In this document: positions 13,616 to 24,235 of the stretch, in pieces
Position numbering within the stretch: the stretch's first letter is position 1
Layout of the letters: each line of letters begins with the position of its first letter
Assembly (NCBI GenBank): GCA_047967505.1
Contig: CM106538.1
Strand: one strand, 5' to 3'
Length of the DNA: 64,000 nt
DNA from: Dipteris shenzhenensis
Lineage: Eukaryota
Notes under the pieces: model-generated
Seen by the model: the letters and a program-made list of their open reading frames with translations, nothing else
The model's database searches: none
Told to the model about the DNA's origin: nothing
Made by a program: the position numbers and the translations under genes

Positions 13616-14345
13616 CTTCCTCTTGATGCAAAAACATCATGTCCAGACAAGTTCAGGTAAATGCCTAATAGCTGTTGATGCAATAGAATTAGATAGATCA
13701 AGATTGTGGCTTTTGCACAAGTATAGGTAGGTGGGGATAGTGATGGGAGAAAACACATGCCAAAACTGGTCTTCAAGGTACTATATTTAGAGTATCTAGT
13801 GATTGCATGCACCTATTTTTAGACTAGGCTTTTTAGAGTATCATTCATTTTGTCCTCCCTACAACCTTATGCACACCTAGCATATTTTGCTAATAAACAC
13901 AATATAGGGTGCTTTTATGGAAAAGGGCCTCAAATCACGTTTTCTAGATAAAAATGTTATCCTCTATGGACCAAGTACTGGCACCTAAGAAAAGATGAGG
14001 TCTACACAATCACAAATCAAGAAAACACTACTGCAAACAAATATAGCAGATTCCTAAGTGGTAGAATGAGTACCTAGATTTTTTCTATCCATGACTGGCC
14101 CTGGTGACTTGTCTGTGGCTCTTGCATAGGTGCAGTAAGGGTGGGGGGGGGAGGGGGGGTGTTGGGGGGATGATGGGAGTAAGAGGGGGGGGGGGCATGA
14201 TGATTGGTGAGGGTGGGGGGGGATGATGATGGCAGTGATGCAGATCAAAACTATTAGAGGGATGGAGGAAAGTGTAGATCAGAACTACTAGAGGGATGGA
14301 GAAAGAGTAGATAAGAGGAAAGGGCACAATTTCCAATGCATGTCA

Positions 14346-17300
14346 TGTGAAGATAGTGGGAGAGAAGGAAGGAGTCTCACTTGCGGCTTTCTCACATACA
14401 CAATGGGGGAATACACACAAAGGTAGAGGCTAAAAATAGTTTTTCTCTTCTTAGTTGTGAAAGCCAAAAGAACTCTCGTACAAAGAAATAGAAGAACCCT
14501 ATATGTGGGTCTCAAACCAAACTCAGCTAACTAAGGTGGCATACTAACTGAGCCACAAACTTGTCATCTAGCTATTATTCATGGGTGGCATACCAACTGC
14601 ATCTGTAGCTAACAAGTCGGTGACATAAATACACAATGGTCACCCTGGCATATCACAAGTGGAGCTCGATATCTCAAAACTCCCCCTCGAGCTCAATCCA
14701 AATTCCTGCACACCAAGCAGGTCTCTGAACTTGCACAGCTTCTTTGTGCCCAATGCCTTCATGAATATGTCAGCTACCTGATCCTCTGTGCTGACATAAA
14801 CTAGATCAATAAGACCTAGTAAAACCTTCTCCCGCACATAGTGATAATGCACCTCAATGTACTTTGTTCTAGAGCATGATAGACTAGGTTATTTGCCAAG
14901 TGTATACTGCTCATGTTGTCACAATAAATGACAACTGGCCCATCTGTAGACTGATGCATATCATAAAGTAGCTTATGCAACCAAGCTACCTCACATGTAG
15001 CCATTGCTGCACCCCTGTACTCAACCTCTGTGCTCAACAAGGCAACTGTAGGCTATTTCTTGCTGCTCCAAGTGACTGCAACACTCCCAAAAGAGAACAC
15101 ATATCCACTGGTAGATCATCTATCAGAAATACTACCAGCCCAATCACCATCAGTGTATCCATGCAACTGTATCTGAACCCTAGTCTCATAAAATAGTCCA
15201 TACTGTTGGAGGTGCAAATCTCTCATGGACAAAGGGGATAAGAAGAAGGAGAAAGGGTTGAATTATCCCACATACAAAGGTGTGTGGAAGATGAAGGGAC
15301 ATAAATAGTCCAAGTTGCCCCTCCTATCTTCAATTCCCCCAAGCTTGCCTTTTGTGGAGGTTGGAGGGCTGGCTAGGCAAGGGTGCCTTATGGCAGGGGT
15401 GGGGACCTGCCATACACACATGCCAGAGCCTCCGTAGTGGCCATGAAGGTTGTGCACTTTCGTGAGGTGCTAGCGGTCTTGGCGGGGGGCACGCTAGGCA
15501 CATGCTCTTGGATTCTAACATGGTATCAGAGCCCGGGTCTGTCCCCGGCCACCTCTCTCCATGATCGATTGGAGGGGGGTGTTGGAGGTGCAAATCTCTC
15601 ATGGACAAACGGGATAAGAAGAAGGAGAAAGGGTTGAATTATCCCACATACAAAGGTGTGTGGAAGATGAAGGGACATAAATAGTCCAAGTTGCCCCTCC
15701 TATCTTCAATTCCCCCAAGCTTGCCTTTTGTGCAGGTTGGAGGGCTGGCTAGGCAAGGGTGCCTTATGGCAGGGGTGGGGACCTGCCATACACACATGCC
15801 AGAGCCTCCGTAGTGGCCATGAAGGTTGTGCACTTCCGTGAGGTGCTAGCGGTCTTGGCGGGGGGCACGCTAGGCACATGCTCTTGGATTCTAACACATA
15901 CTTCAATGTGGACTTCACATACCTGAGTATGCATCTAGCCGCATCCAAATGCGGTTTCCTTGGAGCCTTCATAAACTGACTTACCAATCCAATAGCATAG
16001 CTCAAATCTGGCCTGGTAATAGTCATATAAATCAAACTTCCTACTATGTGTCTGTACATAGTAGGGTCTTCCCGAGCTGCAGTGGGAGTCCTGTTCATTA
16101 TGGAAATTGCTGTAGCAACTGCTTTAGCCTAATAATAATCTGGAAGGCCTTTTCCATTTAGCATGGCCTCAGATACCTCTCCAATATGCTTGTTTTTCCT
16201 TTCTGCAAGTCCATTTTGCTATGGGGTATGACTGCATGAATATTGCTGCTTTATGCCATGCTCCTGCAGGAACCTTGCAAACTCATTTGAGAGGTACTCT
16301 CCCCCTCCATTTGACCTTAGGCATTTTATTTATAGGCCTGTTTCTTTTTCAACCATAGCTTTAAAAGCTTTGAAATGCCCAAACACTTCACTTTTCTTTT
16401 TCATAAAGTACACCCAAACTTTTCTACTGTAGTCATCAATAAAAGTGACAAAATAATGACAGCCTCCAATAGATGCAGCTTTAGTAGTCCACACATCAGA
16501 GTGGATTAATTCCAATGGCTTATTACTCTCTTGAACATGTCTAGGAAATGGTTTCCTTGCCTGTTTTCCAAATTGACAGGCTTCACATACCTTATGCATT
16601 TCTGCAACCTTGAATTTAGGCAATCCTGCAACAATATTTTGGGCCTGCATTGATTTAAGTCAATGTACATTAACATGACCGATGCGTTTATGCCAAATAT
16701 CAATATCTGCAACTACACCGGTCCCATGTGCAAACATTGCTGCACTCAATTCAGGCATGTCTGCATCCAACGTAAACATCCTGCCCTTCTTCTTTCCTTT
16801 TGCTATCAAGCGACCATTATTTTTCATATCCTCAACAAAGCATCCATGAGGATTAAATCTGACTTGCAAGCCCTGCTCAACCATTTGACCAATAGAAACC
16901 AGGTTCTTGGTGATATTCGGGACATGAAATACATCAGACAGGTATTTCTTTTTCCCATCCTGCATAGACAAAGGAATTTTACGAATCTGCACAATAGGAT
17001 GTGCAGTATCATCACCAATCTCCACAAATCCTGGTCTTTCCATTTTTCTTGCATCTTGCATCCATTCTGCATGACCTGTCATGTGGTTTGACGCACTTGA
17101 GTCAACATACGACACATCATTGCTTTCTTTTACACTTGTCACAGAATCGGTCATGTGCTGCACCATAAACAGATGCTCATTTCTGTCATCACCCTGTCTA
17201 CTAGAAGATGCATAATTCCCTTGCTGCAATTTTCCATTCATGATGTCATTCTGCTTTTTATAGCAGTCTTTAGCCATATGACCCATTTTACCACAGTAGT

Positions 17301-19078
17301 AGCATTCAACATTGCTGTTTGTATTTTGGCCTCTCTGCCATCCACCACGACCTCTTTGGCTCCCCCTGCCTCTAGAGTTACCACGTCCTCCTCCATAGAA
17401 CTGGTTTTCTTGAGTTTGTTGCATATTCTGATTTCTACCATGGCCTCCAGATCGGCCTGCTCTACCTCTGCCTCTACCTCTTCTAGAAGATAGTTTCTTT
17501 TGAAGTTCCTCCTGAAGAACATGCACCACCATTTCTCTGCTCTTCAGAAATTAGAGAGCGAACAACTCCTCAAAATCAAGAAATTTTTCACGGACGGCAA
17601 TGGATGTCCGAAACTGTGCATAATCCTTTCCTAGACCATTCAAGGTCACAGAAACTAAATCATCATCTTCCACTGGTGACCCAATGGAAGCAAGTGCATC
17701 TGCAATTTTCTTCACCTTCATGTGGTAGTCATTGGTGCTCATATTTTCTCTCAGCACATTGTGCAACTCCTGCTTGAGTTGCATTTTCCTAGCTTGCGTA
17801 TTTGTGCTGTACATTTTTGCTAAAGTATCCCATGCCTCCTTTGGCATACTTGCATCCTGAATATGCACAATCATAGAATCTGAAATACTGATAGACAGCC
17901 AATACATAACTTTTCTGGCTCTCTCATGCCATCCTTTAAATGCCTGCATTTTCTGTTGATTGGGAACATTAGGAAGAACTAGTTGTCTCCAGATTTTGAA
18001 TCCGTGTATGATTCGTGGTCTCGTACTGATTTTTCAAGATCGTTCATGCCTCCTCTCATTTCCTGTAATGAACTCCCAATAGCCTTTTCCCATAAGGAAA
18101 TTCGTCATTCTAAACTTCCATGCTTGGAAGTTGTTCTTGTCAAGCTTTTCAGTGACAATCTGTGAAAGAGAATGAGACGCCATTAGAGAACATTGCAAAA
18201 TATTCTGTCACTGCAAAAAACACAGCTTCTACCTCACAAGGGCAAATCTGCAAAACTGAGAAAGTGGTATTTGACCACACAGTCACTTCCTAGTGATGAT
18301 TTTGCATGAACAGGCAATAAGGATGATTCTTTAACTCCCAATATCTCTATGCACAGGCATACGATGCAATTTCTATGGCAACTTTTCACCGACCTATAGA
18401 GCAGTGCTCGCACAGCAAAAACAGGGCCTTTTTCTCAGTGCTTGCAGAGAACTTCTGCCTCCAAAATAGGCCTCGAAATGGCCTCGAATCAGAAAAATAA
18501 AGTCACCAAGGGCTTCACCATGTCCCACAAGATATACTGCCCTCTCACCACACCGCGAAGGGCGTCTCAATCTGAGACAATGCACTCTTGCACTTTCTGA
18601 CTGTGCTACCTGTAGAGATTTGCTCCCAAACTCAAAAAAGGAAAGCAACACTAGTCCTGTTACCAGGACACCACGAACTTGGTTTGCTTTCTTGAGCTCT
18701 TACCACGAACCAGGCTCTGATACCATGTGAAGATAGTGGGAGAGAAGGAAGAAGTCTCGCTTGTGGCTTTCTCACATACACAATGGGGGAATACACACAA
18801 AGGTGGAGGCTAAAAATAGTTTTTCTCTTCTTAGTTGTGAAAGCCAAAAGAACTCTTGTACAACGAAATAGAAGAACCCTATATGTGGGTCTCAAACCAA
18901 ACTCAGCTAACTAAGGTGGCATACTAACTGAGCCACGAACTAGAGTACATAAGGATAGCTGTCATCCAGCTATTATTCATGGGCAGTGTACCAACCGCAT
19001 CTACAGCTAACAAGTCGGTGACATAAATGCACAACGGTCACCTTGCCATATCACGAGTGGGAGCTCGATATCTCAACA
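14346..19078 (-). mobile_element. Ty1/copia family B element, internally deleted, TSD TGTCA
   Basis: 5' LTR 18726-19078, PBS 18714-18725, PPT 14680-14688, 3' LTR 14346-14679, TGTCA at 14341-14345 and 19079-19083; gag/PR/INT fragments 16100-18183, RT end and RNase H 14700-16075. Confidence 0.96.
15204..15896 (+). mobile_element. TRIM (terminal-repeat retrotransposon in miniature) nested in copia B
   Basis: 317-bp LTRs 15204-15520 and 15580-15896, PBS TGGTATCAGAGC 15521-15532, PPT GGAGGGGGG 15571-15579, TSD CATAC 15199-15203 and 15897-15901, 59-bp internal region. Confidence 0.96.
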
Positions 19079-19864
19079 TGTCACATTTGTCTTGTCAGCC
19101 ACACGTGTGGAAAACGGTCTTCTAGGTTCTTGTTCATTTATTTCCTCATCATTGTTTGCACAGATTTTGAGACAAAACCCCCTCTAAGTAGAGCTACCCT
19201 TCATTTGATCCCTATCTCTAGTTTCAGTTGCCTCCAACCTCACCACCTCCAGCTCCAACCTCACTACCTCACTAGCCCTAGCTCCAACCTCACTACCTCA
19301 CCACCTCCATCATAGAGTCCCACTGTAGCTCCAACTCCAACCTCCCTCACCAACTCCACCACCCACTGCAGCTCTAGCCACAACCTCCACAACCTCCCTA
19401 GGTCCATCTCACACCTCCCCAGCTCTAGCTCCAATTGTACACACAAGCCCAGGTAAGCAATCTGTCACAAGTCATTGGTTTTTCCTGCTAGTAAGGTGAA
19501 ATGACCATTCCATAGATTTCTCTCAAAAGCACTCTATGAGTTGTTTTTCTGAGCACATCTCATCTACATTGTAGGGTTTAGGAGGATGGTAGATCCAAAC
19601 TGATTGATTAGAGTAGGCTTCAATACGTTTTCTCAAAACTGCAATTTGAGCTTGTTCTTTGTTTTTCTCCTCCATATCGTGTTTTCTAGAAAACTTTTAG
19701 CATGCTGGGTGTTCCTGGGGTATGTCCAAAAACATTTGCTGAAAAATGTGATTTTAGCCTTTTCTCTATCTTTTTACACCATATCGTGTTTTCAAGCAAA
19801 CTCTTAGGTTTTTTATTTCCTTGTAATGTTTGGGTTTTTTTCTAGGAGAAGAGCATAATATACT

Positions 19865-20559
19865 ATGGCAAGAACCAAAGCAACAGCCAAAAGGAAAGGA
19901 AAAGGACTTGACATTGTAGGGGCTACCACAGCCCCATCCAGGTCTAAATCTTCAAAGAATGGGAAGCCTGTGTACATGCTAGCAAGGAACAGGAAGAAAA
20001 GAGTGAGCCAAAGAAGATCTATCCTGATGGAAATCAGGAAGGCTCTGAAAGCCATAGGATATGCAGTACCCATGGCACCATTCTAGAGGCTAGTAAGGGC
20101 AATATGCATGAACTGGCATGTGGACTTTAGATGGCAAAGGACTACACTACTTGCTCTCCAAGAAGCTACTGAAGAGTGGCTCATAGAGTTTTTCATGGAC
20201 ACCATGATGGTAGTAGCACATGCACACAGGGTCACCATCATGAAGAAAGACATCCAAACACTTGTCAGAGTCAGATATAGATATGACAAGATCCTTAATG
20301 CAAAGGATTGGGATGAGATCTCAAAATGAGAGATATCTTGTTGATACCTCCAGCCAGGAAACCTAAAGATGATGGATTCAAGGTCGTAGAGGTGTTTCAC
20401 CAACTTTATACCAGAGGCAAGGTTGCCTATGAAGAGTCCCTCAGGGAAAGATTCAAAGAAATAGTTTCTATCTTGCAATCCCAGACGTTAGTGGCAAACT
20501 CAGCAGAAGCTCCTACACCTTGGACCAAGGATCAGAGTGGCCATCCAGACTATGAATGA
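19865..20559 (+). pseudogene. Divergent histone H3/CENH3-like gene with C-terminal extension (TAG at 20084-20086; apparent frameshift near 20320)
   Basis: MARTKATA... EIRK ...APF*RLVRAICMNWHVDFRWQRTTLLALQEATEEWLIEFFMDT...HAHRVTIMKKDIQTLVRVR aligns to the H3 histone fold; ORFs 19865-20086 and 20108-20329 are in the same frame. Confidence 0.9.
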
Positions 20560-21035
20560 TGACCTGACCTGGGACTTGACAGAAGACTACATCATGGCTT
20601 TACTATTTTATTTTTCATATTTTTGCCTTTTTTTGTGAAATTTCTACGTTACATTGGCCTTCTCCTCATTGGTTGAGAGACATTTTTCTGAAACCCTAAA
20701 AGGCCCCAAAATGAGCTCCCTTTTTTCCTAATGCTTCATCTTCACCATCTGACTAAGGACCTTGAACTTCATAATGTTAAATTCATCTGGTGATAATTGT
20801 AGCTAGAAGACCAAAATATGCCGAGCCACTTTGTCAATATAGTGAGCGATTGAATCCTTCCCCCCCCCCGCGGAAGATCCTCTGCTTCTGCCCTTGCGCA
20901 TAGCATTCTCATCAATCCACAAAACATCCTGGAATGAACATATTACATCAACACCCTAAACCTTGATTTGTGATTATAAAAGATATTTATGGCATGAAAA
21001 ACTTAGGAATCTGATGAAAAATATTTTTTAATCAA

Positions 21036-21290
21036 TTTATGGTTTGAAGAAAATGATTTTATTTTGGTTTTCCTTTCACACCTGTGCTCCAACAGTAGAG
21101 AAAATGCACATGGTGAATTTTCAGCCCCAAAAATGTCTAGGAGAGGGGAAAAAGTGGGCTCTAGCCGCATGTTTTTGGATTTCCCTCATTTTTGGGGCTA
21201 AAAATTCACCATGTCCATTTTCTCTGCTATTGGAGCACATGGGTGAAAGGAAAACCAAAAATAAAATTATTTTCTTCAAACCCTAAATTT
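21036..21290. repeat. Foldback 1: ~100-bp inverted arms, ~50-bp spacer
   Basis: ggtttgaagaaaatgattttattttggttttcctttcac...ggtgaattttcagccccaaaaatg pairs with catttttggggctaaaaattcacc...gtgaaaggaaaaccaaaaataaaattattttcttcaaacc. Confidence 0.9.
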
Positions 21291-21526
21291 TTTTATAAGA
21301 ATACTTTCTTCTAGTTTTGGGGTCCCTAAATTTACAATATTCTTCAGATGTGTTGAATGATCACCTGGATATTTAAAAAATGATGTTTTTCTAGTGTTTG
21401 GATGCTAAAACCCTAGTTTGATTCTCTAAACCCTAAACCATAATTCAATCTAGAACAGTGGCTTTTTTGCATAATTTTATCAATGTACAAAAACCTTAAC
21501 ATTGATGTATTCTATATAGTGGAAGC

Positions 21527-22631
21527 ATATTTTGGTGGAAAACTGGAAGATTAGATTCCAACCTAAACATATAGGGTGTTAGATATCAATGCTCCACTCT
21601 CGAGTAACTACACAGGAACCAGCTAACTGTACTTGTAAGCCCCCCATATGAGGAGAAGGCATTTGAGTAGCTTGGTTATCCGGTAGGTCTTAGTTTGGAC
21701 ACCAGATGGGGGCCATGTGTGGCCTGATGGCTAGACAGCTTCAGATAGAGTTGGCACATTGCCAACTAGGCTACATGCAAGTGTGGGAAGGCATCCTATG
21801 ACTGACCCCACTGAGGTTAGACAGAGCGTTTCCTAAGGCAGCCCACTCTCGGGTTGTGGGGCCCGTTTGGAGCCCCAGATGATCCCGGATGGGAACGGCT
21901 CTATTCTGCGCCATGGTTCTATCGTGTGGTCGGTGGCCTATTTCGATCCCCAATCGACCGTTTTGGGCGGACTGGGTCGGTCACCTAATTGGGTCTGACT
22001 GACTATGACTGTTGGCTATATAAGAGCAAGCCCGTGAAGCCCATCATCATCATTAGCTATAGCAACCCTCATTCCTTAGCATCTAGCCTCTGTTCTCTAC
22101 TGTTTCCAGCATGCCATCGAAGCTTCTCACACAGGAGCGAATGGCTGGGAGGTAGCGCCATCTATTGTATCACTTTTACAGTAATCAAATTTTTTGATTC
22201 TCCATACTATCTGCTTTTCTCTCTTGCATACGAGATCCTGTTATCTGTTGAGCATAGATGTTGGATTGTTTTCTTACATAGGGTTCCAAGTGAATAATGT
22301 CCTTTTGGATTTTCCTTGAACCTAGGTGTTCAAATGGCCATGCTTGTGCATACGGTGAATTTCCAGCACCACAAAAGCCCTGGAAGCATGAAATATGACA
22401 TCATGCATCCAGGGCCTACTTTGTGCATAGGGTGAATTTGCAAAAAGTAGGCCGTAGTCGCATGATGCCGGATTTCATGCTTCCAGGGTTTTTCTGGTGC
22501 TAGAAATTCACCCTATGCACAAGCATGGCCATTTGAGCACATAGGCTCAAGGAAAATCTAAAGGACATTGTTCACTTAGAACCCTCAATTTTCAGGTTAG
22601 AATCTGATCTTCCAGTTTTCTACCAAAATAT
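21527..22631. repeat. Foldback 2: ~190-bp arms, centre about 22425-22442, interrupted by a solo LTR
   Basis: ggtggaaaactggaagattagattcc...gccatgcttgtgcatacggtgaatttccagcacc pairs with ggtgctagaaattcaccctatgcacaagcatggc...gaatctgatcttccagttttctacc. Confidence 0.88.
21577..22278 (+). mobile_element. Solo LTR related to copia A LTRs, TSD TAGGG
   Basis: TGTTAG...TTCTTACA ends; TAGGG at 21572-21576 and 22279-22283; shares cccccatatgaggagaag, accagatgg and the terminal ttttcttaca with the copia A LTR. Confidence 0.9.
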
Positions 22632-22699
22632 TTATGAGTTGGTGGTAAAGTTTCTATAGTATTTCTATAGTATCTAGGTAAAAAGTAAGTAAAACAAAA

Positions 22700-23710
22700 A
22701 AAAAGCATTTGGAACATTTGTGAAAAGTGTTCTAGCTACTTAGAGATAATTCACTCTTTGCTAAAGAATCCAAATGTGATTTCTTTACAAAAGAAGTGAA
22801 ATACTTGGGACATATAATATCCCAAGAAGGGTTTCGTATGGACCTTGACAAAGAAAGGGCCATATTGGAATGGCCACATCCTACAAATCTAGAAGAATTA
22901 CATATATTCTTAGGTTTGTCAGGATTCTATAGGAGATTCATCCAAGATTACACTAAGATTGATGTTTTGATGATGGACCAGCTTAAGGGGAAGGGAAGCA
23001 CCTTCATATGGAATGAACCTCAAAAGAGAAATTTTGAAAAATTAAAAGTAACTATAGCAGCAGCTCTTGTCTTAAAAGTAGTGGATCCCAATGAACCATT
23101 CATGGTTGAGACAGATGCCAATGATTTTGCTGTTAGGGTGATACTTTTACAAAAAGGTCGACCAGTGGCTTTTGAAAGCAAAAAGTTAGATCATGCCCAA
23201 CGAAATTACTCGGCATATGAGAAGGAACTATATGCTATAGTCTATGCTTTAAAAAAGTGAAGGCACTACTTATATGGTGCAAAATTTGAGATCATCTTTG
23301 ATCAGGAGAGCATTAAGTGGATTTGTAATTAGCCAGAGCTTAAAGGTAGAAAAGCTAGATGGGTTGAGTTAATGCAAGAGTTTGATATATGATTGACATA
23401 TAGGAAAGGGAAAATTCAATGTGGTGGCAGACTCTCTTAGCTGAATGCCAATTGTTAATGAATTGAGTTTTACTCAATTTTAGAATGATTTCCTAGAGTC
23501 CTTAAAGGGGAAATGTGAGTTTGATCCTCACTTCTCTGAAATATGGAAAGCAATTAGAAATAGGGATCCAACTAATCGAGAGGATTTCACTGAGAAGTCA
23601 CATGGAAATGGCGACACACCACAGGTTGGTGATAAAGGGCTCAAGTGTAAAAAATATACTATTGAAGATGGCTACCTGCTCTACAAGGGTAGAGTATGTG
23701 TCCTGTATAA
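22700..23710 (+). pseudogene. Ty3/gypsy pol fragment (end of RT, RNase H)
   Basis: KYLGHIISQEG, FLGLSGFYRRFI, VETDANDFA, AFESKKL..AQRNYSAYEKELYAIV. Confidence 0.9.
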
Positions 23711-23713
23711 TAA

Positions 23714-24233
23714 TGTTGAGATATGGTGCCATGTACTTTTAGCCGGAAAAGTAATCGAGACCAGAGGCTAGAGGCTAAGTATGGCGACGCTCAAAGGCCA
23801 TAGAGAAAAGGAGATCATGAGGGCAAAGGGATGTCATAGGGGTGAAAAAAAGGAATTAGAAGTGGAGGGAAGGAAAAGGGAGACTATGACACAAGGGGAA
23901 AGGGAGAGGGGGAAGAGAAGCATGTACATGATAGGAGGAGGAATGTTGAGATGTAGACATCAAGGGAAGAGATCCATACTTTATTTGAAAGAAGGGATGA
24001 GAGGGAAATATCAAAATACTAGCTAGGTGGCTTTACAAGAATGAGCATGTCTCATCAAGGAATAGCCCCTTCCTTTTATAGCCAAAAGAGGGGGTCTCCA
24101 CATTAATGTATCCTCCCACATGCATGGTGTGTGTGGAAAAGTCTCCCATGTGGGCTAGGTGGTTATGCACTCTCAATTGGGTGCGACAACCCTTTGCTCA
24201 AATTTCCACATAAATCAAGCCCCATATCTCAAG
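23714..24233. mobile_element. Possible LTR fragment or solo LTR
   Basis: Inverted termini TGTTGAGATATGG...CCATATCTCAA and an internal TATA-like motif; no TSD seen. Confidence 0.4.
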
Positions 24234-24235
24234 TT

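Noticed and set aside
15204-15896. Cassandra (5S-bearing) identity for the TRIM
   Set aside because: No recognisable 5S rRNA A/C-box segment in the LTRs
19865-20329. Calling the histone-like ORF the host's functional CENH3 or H3
   Set aside because: In-frame stop, no loop-1 insertion, no coding introns, too divergent for canonical H3; no gene symbol assigned
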